Source: Octopus vulgaris
Lineage: Eukaryota
Reading direction: 5' to 3'
Assembly (NCBI GenBank): GCA_951406725.2
Contig: OX597814.1
Location: 215,760,001 to 215,824,000 of the forward strand
Length of the DNA stretch: 64,000 bases
The notes under the pieces were generated by a model. That model searched no databases. It saw only the letters and a program-made list of their open reading frames with translations, and had not been told where the DNA came from. Of the stretch, positions 22,990 through 35,692 are shown piece by piece; position 1 is the first letter of the stretch, and every line of letters starts with the position of its first letter. Position numbers and translations under genes: made by a program.

Positions 22990-23990
22990 CCAAAGCATTA
23001 TACAATTATCTGTATATGGTACAAAGATATATCCGACTCGCAGCATGGATTTCTTCCCCGAAGATCTTGCCTAACAAATCTTCTCCTTCTTGAAGAATGG
23101 ATTACAAGGACCATGGATGAAAAAGACTCGGTGGGCGTGGTATTTTTGGACTTCGCAAAGGCGTTTGACTCCGTTAATCACCGACTTCTCTTGTGCAAAC
23201 TTCGAGCATTCAAGATACATCCATTGGGGACTTCGTGGATTTCTTCCTTCCTGAGCTATCAAACCTTTCAGGTGCAAATAAATGGAGATCTCTCCGCGGA
23301 GATGAATGCATGCAGCGGCGTTCCCCAGAGGTCGGTTCTGGGGCCAATACTTTTCCTTCTCTATATCAACGACCTGCCAGATTTTCTTGATGGAAGAGTT
23401 CTCCTATTTGCAGACGACGTCAAATTTGTCTCGCCTAGGAATCAATACGACATACTCCAATCGTCGCTGAACCGAGCTTGGAATTGGGCGAAAGAATGGG
23501 ATCTGCCTTTGAACGCCTCAAAATGCAACCATTTGCCGATAGGTTCACCTCCAAACTCTCCCTTGACTATTGGCCACAAACATCAACATCTTAAGATGGT
23601 CACTGAAGAAAAGGATCTTGGCATAATGATCGATACTACATTCAAACCACCACAGCAGGGTATCGAGGCGGCGAACAAAGCCAGAAGGAATCTTTTCCTC
23701 ATCCACCGATCCTTTGCCAACCTGTCAATGGACGTCTTTCGGCCTGTATACGTCACTCTAGTTCGACCCATCCTCGAATATTGCATCCATACCTCAAACC
23801 CAGAAAGACATTCAGCACCTGGAACGGGTTCAGCACTTGGCCACCCGAATGGGCGCGGGCTTGTCTAAGCTTGCGTAAGAGGTACACCTCCAACGGCTGG
23901 CATTACCTTCACTCGAACGATGGAGGATGCAGAGAGATCTCATCTGGCTTTCAACATCTTCAACGGACATGCAAACTTACTTACATATAG
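22990..23990 (+). mobile_element. CR1/L2-type LINE RT fragment, frameshifted
   Basis: ORF 23113-23868 has VFLDFAKAFDSVNH, SGVPQRSVLGP, FADD and LVRPILEY. It is clearly homologous to 543-1604. Confidence 0.92.
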
Positions 23991-24760
23991 ACATTCTCGA
24001 CACACGTCGAGAATGTCTATATGAACACCATCATTTTTGTAGCACAAAATGATGCGGCGCCGTGTCCTGTGTGATATTTTACGAAGCTGTTGGTGCCCAT
24101 ACAGACCTTCTCGATGTGTGTCAATGCCAATGAAAGTAAATATACAAAAACCAGTACGTGAGTTTGATAGTATTATATTGTTCGTCTATCGTTCTTATTA
24201 CTTTTCGGTAAGGGGTGATAAGACTTTCGGACCACCCTATACTATAGAAGTTATTAAATGCTAAAAAAGAAAAATGCGAAAAAAATGCCTCTCCCAACCA
24301 AATTCCAGGTTTTGCACCTGTTAGAAGCAGTTATTAGAGTCACAGTAAGGGTACTGATTAGATACAAATGTTGGAGCGATTCACAAACTACTTTGCGGTG
24401 TTTAGTTACGACACTTTACTCTCGGAGTTCAAATTCCGTTGAATTCAATTTTACTATTCGTTATTTTCAGAGTCAATTTAATTGACTAACATTTCATTCT
24501 ATATTTGAGGTCTTGTATCTACTGCTAGAAAATGATTATTAGAGTCGCTCTATAATTATAGAACACTTCTAATCTCCACTTACTCCTAAATTATACAACA
24601 CAGAATGCAAAGAAACATTCTTGTATTTCATTTGCCTTAGCCATCGCACTACTAAAACTACTACAAATGTTATTTCTCATAATAGTCTCTGGTAATGTCT
24701 TGGTGCTCCACGAAAGCCGAATCTCAAGAATACGTATTCTTGTTTTTATTTCATTTTATT

Positions 24761-25166
24761 GGATCTTTTCACTTTGACCGGCAGATTTAAAAAATAATTT
24801 TTTGTAACTAAACTCTTTTAAACTTCGTATACCGGTAGAATGTGTCGCGTAAAGCATCTTTTTCTCTTGGCGTTTTTGAGGAAATTCTGTAGTTTGTAAG
24901 CTATTTGTTGTTAAATTTCTCGTATTTCGGCAATTTCAACCAACCAATCAATCGGTCTCTATTGAGGTGAATACAATTACTGCTGCTGTTTGTCTCCAAG
25001 AAGTTTCGGCGGTGTATATTTCGTTTGTCACTGCCTACAAAATTTTCTCAAGAATGCCAAGAGAAAAACATGTTTTATATGACACATTCTACTAGTATAC
25101 GAAGTTTAAAAGTGTTTAGTTACGAAAAATTATTTTTTAAATCTGCCGGTCAAAGTGAAAAGATCC
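24761..25166. mobile_element. MITE with ~130-bp TIRs and a 9-bp TSD (Mutator-like)
   Basis: Termini GGATCTTTTCACTTTGACCGGCAGATTT and AAATCTGCCGGTCAAAGTGAAAAGATCC. CATTTTATT is duplicated at 24752-24760 and 25167-25175. Confidence 0.88.
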
Positions 25167-25384
25167 CATTTTATTTATTTTATCAAGATCAGAAAAGAAT
25201 TTCAATACTTCAGTTGAGATCTGTAAAACTCAATTAAAACCACTATGTAATACTGGTGATCAACATATAGCTGGTGCTGAAGCTATACACACAGACATTG
25301 TAGACTACATTTAAAAGATAGCCATATAGCTCGTTGGTACGAGCTCACCGACAATCCACAAACTTTGTTCCTCTTCTCTCTGTG

Positions 25385-25671
25385 CGCGTATATGTGTTTG
25401 TTTTGGCGTAACTATGGGAAGCAGTTTCTTGTGAATTCCACCCAACGCGCTTCACTCTCTTCTCTCGTCAATTCTTGTCTTAGGAGACCAGTCTCTGCAA
25501 TGGCAACATCGCCCAATCCTTTCTCCCAGGAATGTCTATGAATCCTCTGGAATTCCTTCTCTACCAACGTCGTTTTTACCTCCTACACATATCAACTACA
25601 GATATCAATATTTATCAGCCTTGGAAAGCCTATAGAAGTTATTTGCACTGTCCTCACCACGTCTTATCATT

Positions 25672-25708
<37 letters not shown>

Positions 25709-27753
25709 ACACACACACACACACTTACACATACACTCAGATATGTAATCATTATATAACTTTATTCTAAGCCACTATACGAGTAACGCTACGCAACATT
25801 ACACGAAACACCATTTTTATTCTACTTCGTGCTGTAAAGCGCAAAATATTTTCACTACTTCAGAAAACACTCGGAATATATCTATTTCAAAGAACTGTTT
25901 AGGTTAACAAGAAAGTATAACAAAGTAGAACGATAAAACAACTGTGTATGAGAGAGGGAAGTGAAAGGGGAAAGGGGAACAGAGCTTTACTATCCCGTAT
26001 GTAATTATATTTGTATTCTGGCCATTGTGTTTTGTCTGAGCCTGAAGTCTGTATGATTTAGCTGATTAAGACTGGAGTTATTAAGAACAGTTAATGAGGA
26101 GACTGAAAATATTTCATTTCCGATGTAAGCTTAAGTAGACCGTTTGCGTATCTGTTTAAACAATTGCAACTGTTATATCTTTTAAGCCCACTTTCAATAC
26201 GTTTGTTCTTTGAGCTTCCTATCACATAATGCCTATATAAATTACAGCACTTATGTCCGTCCATATTGTAAATCGATGCTACTATAATGGTATCAGATGA
26301 TGACTGCAAATAATAAAGGCCTGAGTAAGCAAAATATGTAATACTATTCAGAGTTTGAATCAAGGACTACGGAGATAAAACTCTATAATTGAATCAGATG
26401 ACTTCATTGATTAAAGGAATTACGCTTAGACAGGGAATCGATAAATATTTATTCCGGAAACCAAAAATAGAGAAAAAAAATTGTATCTGTTTATACGTAA
26501 CAATAATATGGGAAGCAATTCGCGAATGACTCAACCGGTAATTTATCTGTCTACCAGCCGAAAGGTGAATGTTTCGCATCATGTCGCTATCGCAGTGATC
26601 TCTCAATGGAAAATGAACTAATCTCCAATACTCTCTGTACAGAATATTGTACAGCAAAAACAGTACAACTTAATGAGCCCTTGGTTATCCTGAAGTGTCA
26701 AGTTCAACACACTCCAGCGTCGAGAAAGGAAATCGTTTCTGATCTGATTTGCTTAAATACAATTCAGAAGAATAAAGTCTTCCGTTGATTAATAAAAGCA
26801 TTAAACAGTTTTTTTGTTAGATATTTAGAGATGTAAGGTAAACTTACAAGCGGAGGGGTAAAAACATATTTTAGCTTGGCTGTGTTTTTAAACCATAGTA
26901 TTTCTGTTTGTGACCATCTGTCGAAGTTTGTATACAAGAGAGAAGGGGGTCTCTTATGTTAGGAGGGGGAAGGGGCCACATTGAAGTTAATTACTTTGTG
27001 ACAAGACAGCATTGCAAAACACAAAACAAATTAACAATTTCACAATTAAGCCTATTCATAAAAAAATAACAAATTGCAAAATAAACTTATAAGAATTTTC
27101 TTCTTTTCCTTTTTTCTTCTTCTTAAATTAAACATGGCACATGACTCAGTGATTAGGGGTAGTGAGCACAGGATCTCAAAACCGTGAGCTAGATTCCTGG
27201 AACGAGTGGTACGTTGTATCCCTAAGCAATGTACTTAATTTAACGTTGTGCTAGAGTACACAATTGTAAAGAGGAACAAACCCTTCTCCCTCCAATTGTT
27301 ATATCCTCGATGATCCACTGGGCCAAGACAGAAGAGCTGAGAGGGTATCTACGTCCGCTCTTGCCTACGCATGACACTTAGAACAATCAGTGAAATCATC
27401 CCTAATCATCCTCGCTTGCGAGAATGATTTCGGATGATTTTTACTAAATCAACTTCGCTTGCAGGTGACAGCTGATTCATCTAATTGCTCTTTATAAGTA
27501 ATTATAACTTTGTGTGTGTGTGTGTATGTGTGTATGTGTGTGTGTGTGTGTGGTTGTTGTTAATCAACAAGACGAGTAAGGGTGATTAGGTGATGGTCTA
27601 GGGCTTAGGGGCGGGAGACCTCAGACCTTGGAAAAAAAAAAACTTTGGTCATCTTGTTGTAGTCAAGGGCTCTTCGTTGACGCCCGACACAACTGGGAGG
27701 TGGCCCTTGAAGTCGCTTGAAATGGAGATCTCTAGGTCCAGATTCTTGAACGG

Positions 27754-27807
<54 letters not shown>

Positions 27808-28313
27808 TCCTAAAATTCACACTTGGAAAGATAGTTTTAAATAAAATTAGACCAGCAAAAATATATTCTAGTATGATGATCTCATCAATCTCCTTATACG
27901 TTGTACTTCTTTTAACGGGAAAGAGATTGATCGATATCATCCACCACAGTACTTGAATAATACTTTATTTTATCTATGGTGAAGGGATAAAATAGTCGCG
28001 TGTGCGTATATGTGTTTGTTTTGACGTAACTATAGGAACCAGTTTCTTGTGAATTCCACCCAACGCGCTTCACTCTCTTCTCTCGTCAATTCTTGTCTTC
28101 GGAGACCAGTCTCTGCAATGGCAACATCGCCCAATCCTTTCTCCCAGGAATGTCTATGAATCCTCTGGAATTCCATCTCTACCAACGTCGTTTTTACCTC
28201 CTACTCATATCAACTGGTAGCTGTTTAAGTTGAACACGAATCATTTCAATCTTATCAGCCTTGGAAAAATCTATAGGAGCTATTTGCACTATCCTCACCA
28301 CATGTTTTCATTA

Positions 28314-28347
<34 letters not shown>

Positions 28348-28743
28348 ACACACACACACACTTACACCACACACACATACACTTACACACACACATACAC
28401 AGATATATAATCATTATATAGCTTTATTCTATGTCACTATACGGTTAACGCTACGCAACATTGCACGAAACACCATTTTTATTCTACTTCGTGCTGTAAA
28501 GCGCAAAATATTTTCACTACTTCAGAAAACACTCGGAATATATCTATTTCAAAGAACTGTTTAGGTTAACAAGAAAGTATAACAAAGTAGAACGATAAAA
28601 CAACTGTGTATGAGAGAGGGAAGGGAAAGGGGAAAGGGGAACAGAGCTTTACTACCCCGTATGTAATTATATTTGTATTCTGGCCATTGTGTTTTGTCTG
28701 AGCCTGAAGTCTGTATGATTTAGCTGATTAAGACTGGAGTTAT
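25385..28743 (+). repeat. Pair of ~700-740 bp direct repeats (25385-26081 and 28003-28743)
   Basis: Long identical stretches occur in both copies, including an internal (CA)n tract. Confidence 0.92.
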
Positions 28744-29409
28744 AGCTTCGGGAAAATGCTTTACGGTAGTTGTTCCAGCTCTTTTACATTCGGAGTTCAA
28801 GTCCCGCCGAAATCAATGTTGTCTTTCCTCTCCTCGGGGTCGATAAAACTAAGTATCAATCTAGTATTGGGATCGATGACATCGACTTACACTATTCTCT
28901 TGTGCCTAAATTAGAAGCTATTATTTTTGATTTCAAATGTTGGCACAATTTCGGAAGAAAGGCTAAGTCGATTACATCGACCCCAGTGCTCAACTGGTAC
29001 TTAATTTATCGACCCTGAGAGGATGAAAGGCAAAGGCTTGAATTGACAAAAAAATCACTCACCAATACATTAAAATCTCAAACGCACAACTCTTTTCAGT
29101 CTTCTTATGGATTACTAGCCGACTGCCAATCCGTTCCGTCCACGTTCACTTCACACGCGCGCGCGAACTATTCTCTGGCACGTGTTCCTAATCTTTTTCC
29201 ATGGTTGCTATCCGCTGAAATTTTTTCACCATTCACAGACTTTGGTCCAACGGATTTTGAAATTGATTAAGATGTTCATCAATCTCATCCGTCTGGAAGT
29301 ACTTCTAAAGGTCATGAAAACCTACTCTGTCTCTCCACTGTCAAACCAATAAAAAACTGGAAGAAAAACAAAAATCGAATATCATGTGTTTGAGTCGGTG
29401 AAGACGAAA

Positions 29410-29672
29410 CAGCATTACTTTATAAATGCAATATTGACACCAAGTACTGGAAAAGAAATGCCCAGGGTCGAGATCACTGGAAGTTCATCATCAAAGAGGA
29501 ACTAACAACTTCTGAGACCAGCAGGATTACTGAGGAAAGAAGTAGAGAGGAGGCGCAGAAAAGATAGACAAGGACAACCAAGAAGGGACCTTCGACCCTG
29601 AACCACCTGTCACACTTGTAGAAGGAACTTCTCAGCAAGAATTGGACTCATCAGTCACCTCAAGATCCCTCA
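29410..29672 (+). mobile_element. RTE-clade LINE 3' terminal fragment
   Basis: Encodes CHTCRRNFSARIGLISHLKI, the C2H2-like C-terminus typical of RTE ORFs. Confidence 0.75.
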
Positions 29673-29681
29673 ATAACAATA

Positions 29682-29892
29682 CTCTCTTTTACTCTTTTAC
29701 TTGTTTCAGTCATTTGACTGCGGCCATGCTGGAGCACTGCCTTTAGTCGAGCAACTCGACCCCAGAACTTATTCTTTTGTAAGCCCAGTACTTATTCTAT
29801 CGGTCTCTTTTGCCGAACCGCTAAGTGACGGGGACGTAAACACACCAGCATCGGTTGTCAAGCAATGCTAGGGGACAAACACAGACACACAA

Positions 29893-29953
<61 letters not shown>
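29682..29953 (-). mobile_element. 3' half of the microsatellite-bearing SINE
   Basis: Matches 2606-2870 and the reverse complement of 35430-35692. Confidence 0.85.
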
Positions 29954-29954
<1 letters not shown>

Positions 29955-29994
29955 TATGCGCGGGTAAGAGTGTGGGTGTTACTTTCTGTTGAGC

Positions 29995-30285
29995 ACGTAA
30001 AAAGCACCATCCGAACGTGGCCGATTGCAGCACCGCCTTGACTTGCTTCTGTGCCGGTGGCACGTAAACAAGCATAACCGATCGTTGCCACTGCGAGCCC
30101 TACCAGTGCCGGCGGCATCACTACACTCACAGAGTGGTTGGCGTTAGGAAGGTCATCCACCTGTAGAAACACTGCCAGATCTGACTGGAGCCTGGTGCAG
30201 CCTCCTGGCTTCCGAGACCCCGGACACACTGCCCAACCCGTGCTAGCACGGAAAACGGACGTTAAACGATGATGATGATGATGAT
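29995..30285 (+). mobile_element. SINE-like repeat 3' part with (GAT)n tail
   Basis: GGTTGGCGTTAGGAAGG(G/T)CATCCA motif. Reverse copies lie at about 56975-57180, 59495-59720 and 63455-63720. Confidence 0.75.
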
Positions 30286-31289
30286 TCTCCGTATTTGTTT
30301 CTCTCTCTCCTTTCTCTTTCACTTTCCCACTCTCTTACTTTTCTTTTCTCTCGGACTCTCCCTCGCTTTCTCTTACTCTCTATCTTTATCTATCTCTCTC
30401 CCATTTATAAACAACAGAAGATCTTGAGTAATTTGAGAAATAAAATATTTAGAAAGATCAATCAGAAATATGAGGCAGTGGCAATGGAAAGATCTGCTTC
30501 AAGGCAGACAGCAAAACGCTAACATTTAAAAGGGACAGACGAACTTGCGAGCTGAATAAAAATAATAAAATATTGGAAACCAAAGTTTGAAGGGATAGAA
30601 TCTGAGGATAGTAGAGTCACCATGGCTGACATTTGTTAACGACGGACAGCAACGTAGTGACAGTTTAACGGCTGGCGTAAAATTTTGAACTTGATGTAAA
30701 AGAAAATTCGTAAACACCAAGTTTTGAAGTGATTCTTTCTCACGACAGTAGACTCACCATGGCAAGCATTCAAAACTTCTTTATCATGGACGGCAACACA
30801 TTGACAATTAAAAGGCTGGCGCAAATTTTTTAGCTTGATGTAACAGAGAATTCCTAAACACCTGCTCCTTGAAATTTTAATCCCCTTCCAGCCCCATTTA
30901 GACCCCTTTTCACATTTTTGTAAATATAACCCGATTTCATTCGGGTCTACTGGGGCCACATTTTATAAGATGAGGAATTTTGTCCTAGAGGTGTCGCCTT
31001 TCATTTGAGGAACAAAATAGTTGTCATGCAAACTTGTCAGCACCTTTAACATAGGTGTGCATATTTTCAGCTGAATCGACCGACTACGTAATGCACACAT
31101 TATATATATATGTGTATATATATATATGTGTGTGTGTGTGTGCACGCATTATATATACAAATGTATACAAATGAGATATATATCTGTATAAATTAAATTA
31201 GAGATAAAACCACTAATAGGCAAATCAAACAGTGAAAAACCAAAAACAAAAACATAAAAAAAGAAAACATAACATAGAAAATATAACTA

Positions 31290-32793
31290 TCTATATATAT
31301 AAAACTGTAGTTGTGTGAGTGTCTGTCCCCTTCGATTTAGATTCCTAACTACTCCCACATTTTGCGGTGCAGTTTAACCAAATTCGGGTATCTTATAGTC
31401 GTGATTCATATCGAGCCCGTCTGGGTATTAGCGCGCGTCTACGATGAGTCTACGATTTTAAAAATAATTTAACATAATTTTTTATTCCATTTTAATGCAT
31501 AATTTTTCGTGTGTCGATGGCGGCGGAGTTGGCGTCCACGCTCAAACACCTGCACCTGTGTTTGCTTCTCCCCCTTCTTCCCTCCCTCGTGAAGCTGTGG
31601 GGAAGGGAGTTTAAGGAAATCAATGTCGTAATGCGTTGTGAAGGAGACCAGCGTTCTTTTAGAACAACGACTTCATGGCTTGAAGACACCAAAACAGAAA
31701 TGGCTAAGAAAGCCCGAATTGGCATCTATAAAGGAAGTAACTCTCTAAAAATGCTTATATAGTTATTTCGCTTACAAACCCGAGCAACGCCGGGCGATAC
31801 TGCTAGTATATTATAAAACTGTAGTTGTGTGAGTGTCTGTCCCCTTCGATTTAGATTCCTAACTACTCCCACATTTTGCGGTGCAGTTTAACCAAATTCG
31901 GGTATCTTATAGTCGTAATTCATATCGAGCCCGTCTGGGTATTAGCGCGCGTCTACGATGAGTCTACGATTTTAAAAATAATTTAACATCATTTTTTATT
32001 CCATTTTAATGCATATTTTTTCGTGTGTCGATGGCGGCGGAGTTGGCGTCCACGCTCACGCCTGCACCTGTGTTGCTTCTCCCCTTCTTCCCTCCCTCGT
32101 GAAGCTGTGGGGAAGGGAGTGTAAGGAAATCAACGTCGTAATGCGTTGTGAAGGAGACCAGCGTTCTTTTAGAACAACGACTTCATGGCTTGAAGTCGCC
32201 AAAACAGAAATCGCTAAAAAAGCTGAAACAGATCCACAAAAACGGCAAAAACCGCCACACAGGGCAGATTTGCTGTGCAAACAATTTGCACAACCGAATC
32301 TTTATATATAAAAGTGAAGTTGTGTGTCTGTCTCTTACGATTTAGATTCCTAACTACTCCCACATTTTGCGGTGCAGTGTAACCAAAACCGGGTATCTTA
32401 TAGTCGTGATTCATATCGAGCCCTTCTGGGTATTAGCGCGCGTCCACGATGAGTCTACGATTTAAAAAAAAAATTACCATTATTTTTTATTCCATTTTAA
32501 TGCATTTTTCGCTATTATATAAGGGAAGTAACACTCTAAAAATGTCTACGATGAGTCAACGATTAAAAAAAATTACCATAATTTTTTATTCCATTTTAAT
32601 GCATTTGTCGCTATTATATAAGGGAAGTAACTCTCTAAAAATGTCTACGATGAGTCAACGATTTAAAAAAAAATTACTATCATTTTTATTCCATTTTTAA
32701 TGCATTTTTTGCTATTTTTTTTGCTATAACTCACTAAAATGCTTATATAGTTATTTCCTTACAAACCCGAGCAACGCCGGGCGATACTGCTAG
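31290..32793 (+). mobile_element. Cluster of three non-autonomous Helitron copies (31290-31806, 31807-~32225, 32299-32793)
   Basis: A|TC starts at 31290 and 32299. A CCCGAGCAACGCCGGG hairpin followed by CTAG|T ends at 31806 and 32793. The third copy has ~100-bp internal tandem repeats. Confidence 0.85.
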
Positions 32794-32939
32794 TAAAATA
32801 TAAAATTGAAAACTTTAAATTATTGAAATTGAAAATAAAAATTATTAAATTATATTTATAATTTGTTTAAAAATATATATAACTATGAAAAAGTATGAAA
32901 AAGTTTAATACACATAAATACAGATATATACACTTTGTA

Positions 32940-33212
32940 TATATACATTATATGTACATATTTATATATAGAACACACACACACACACACATACATTATA
33001 TATACATATTTATATATAGAACACACACACACACATACATTATATATACATATTTATATATAGAACACACACACACACACACACGCATACATTATATATA
33101 CATGTTTATATATAGAACACACACACACACATACATTATATATACATATATATAGAACACACACATACATTATATATACATATTTATATATAGAACACAC
33201 ACACACACATAT
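32940..33212. repeat. ~40-48 bp minisatellite built from TA/CA microsatellite
   Basis: The unit ATACATTATATATACATATTTATATATAGAAC(AC)n is repeated about 6 times. Confidence 0.9.
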
Positions 33213-33647
33213 AAATGAACGCAAGAATATCTGATTCATAATATTTGTTCTCATGCTCGTGTGTTGTTTGTTGGTGACAGACATATACTTAAAAGAACGT
33301 CGCCGAAGTGATAGGAAGGTAGGAAACAGAGTCAGTGAAAAAGAAAGGAAATAGCGATAGTGACAGATACTTTAAATAACGGTAGTGGACTTCTGAAAGT
33401 TATGAAGAGGAGTAAGAGAGGGAAAGAAGGAAATAGGGTGAGTGAGGAAGATGGCCCCTAGCAACCACACCTTTTAAGATAGGGATTTCTAAGGTAGCCC
33501 ACGCGCATCGTCACTTCATTCTACAGGTCCCTGTAAATTTTGGAGCGAATCGGACGGGATGTAGTGGCATTGAAAGCGATCCAAGCGGTAAAAACGCATT
33601 TCAGTTTTATATATAGATATATATATATACATATATATATACATATA

Positions 33648-33792
33648 TACGACAGGCTTCTTTCAGTTTCTGTCTACCAAATCCGGGGCTATAGTAGAAG
33701 ACAAGATGCCCAAGATGCCACACAGTGGGATTGAACCCGGAACCATGTGGTTGGTTAGCAAGCTACTTACCACACAGCCACTCCTGCGCCTA
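33648..33792 (-). mobile_element. 5' part of the microsatellite-bearing SINE
   Basis: Reverse complement of 35266-35430 with an internal deletion. Confidence 0.8.
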
Positions 33793-34638
33793 TAAGTAAA
33801 TAAATAAATTAGTCAAATTAAATCAAAATTAAAAACAAAGACCATCATCCTTGCCCTCGAGGGTTAGCCATGATGACTTATTGCGTTAATTGCTATACAA
33901 GGGAAATAACCTTATCTATAGATACGTATAATTTCCCTTAGTTATAAATGAAGGCGCAAGATTTGGTGATTAGAATTCAATTTCTAGACTGGATTGCATG
34001 TTACCTCCTTGACTAAGGTACTCTTTTTCACGTTGATCCATTCTACCCAGATGAAAATAGGCACTAACAGGGTGCAGATGCAGGTCTCTTGCTCCCCACC
34101 TGTCACATCCTAGGTCAGCCACGGGCAATATTCAGTCTTCGAGATTTACTGAAAGGCACACCTAATGACAATTTACCTTGATTTTTTTAGTAGTGCAGCC
34201 CGCCTGTTAACGAGCCTTGTATCGTGCGGCCTGCTTCTCGAAAAAGAGTCTCTCATGCCTATCCTAGATATTCTGTTGGGTCATGGGTGGACTATGAGAG
34301 AGTATTAGCGTTTGCTCACAACTACATAGGACCCTAAAACAATTATTGAAGCATAGTGCGTGTTACCATGCCAGACTCGCTCATAAGTGACGGACTTGAT
34401 CATCCCATCTTTTAGTATATCAAAAACTACATCATTCAATCGTTCATTATATAAGATTATGTGATTTGAGCGAGTTTTGGCTACCATTTAAGTAAACCAT
34501 GAGACAACATAGAGATTTATGTTCTTTGGTCTTGTTCGTATTGGTGGTAGTAGTAGTAGTGATCGTGGTGGTGGTACTTAACCACAGGTGACTCCTAATC
34601 GAGAAATACACACACACACACAGACACACACACAAAAG

Positions 34639-34713
<75 letters not shown>

Positions 34714-35265
34714 AAATTTGAATTTTTGATGAATTTTTTCTTGAGAACACATTCTTCGTGGAAAATGGCGATTTTGACGTCTATATCTAGCATACAGGCT
34801 GTCCACTTGTTTTCGTTCCAGCACACAATCTCAGATCAGGTTACTTTATGTTTTATTTTTATTTAATTTTTTTTTTTTACTTTCATGGTTGGAAAGTGCA
34901 ACATCTACATTTGTAAAATACATTATGTCATTTTATACGAAAAAAAAAATGTACAAAATGTATCCAACTTTTATATACGTAACCCTGCTGTGGTAAAAAA
35001 AATTTCCCACAAAACACCTCAAACCCTTAAACGTGAGTAAAAGTTTTCCCACAAAAATCCTAAAATACGAGCTTATTACATCATGTAATTGCAACATCTG
35101 ATCTACATTTTATATGCCATTACATAACTAAAATTTGAAATATGCATTTATGCACAAAATTTTTACATGGTAAACAAATTCAACAAGGAGATTCGAAATC
35201 ACTGCCCAAAACTTAGATAAAATGAACAGTCATTACAAAAAAGCAAAGATTTTTTTCCCCATAAT

Positions 35266-35428
35266 AGGCGCAGGAGTGGCTGTGTGGTAAGTAGCTTGCT
35301 TATGAACTACATGGTTCCGGGTTCAGTCCCACTGCGTGGCATCTTGGGCAAATGTCTTCTACTATAGCCTCGGGCCGACCAAAGCCTTGTGAGTGGATTT
35401 GGTTGACGGAAACTGAAAGAAGCCTGAC

Positions 35429-35471
<43 letters not shown>

Positions 35472-35692
35472 GTGTGTGTGTGTGTGTGTTTGTGTGTCTG
35501 TGTTTGTCCCCCTAGCATTGCTTGACAACCGATGCTGGTGTGTTTACTTCCCCGTCACTTAGCGGTTTGGCAAAAGACACCGATAGAATAAGTACTGGGC
35601 TTACAAAGAATAAGTCCCGGGGTCGAGTTGCTCGACTAAAGGCGGTGCTCCGGCATGGCCTCAGTCAAATTACTGAAACAAAAGAGTAAAAG
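35266..35692 (+). mobile_element. Full-length SINE with internal (TA)n(TG)n and a 38-bp TSD
   Basis: AGTCATTACAAAAAAGCAAAGATTTTTT(T/C)CCCCATAAT occurs at 35228-35265 and 35693-35730. Confidence 0.92.

Noticed and set aside
26091-26788. Short ORFs as host exons
   Set aside because: No recognisable domain or consistent splice structure.
25385-28743. Canonical LTR retrotransposon
   Set aside because: No TG..CA termini, PBS, PPT, TSD or gag/pol motifs.
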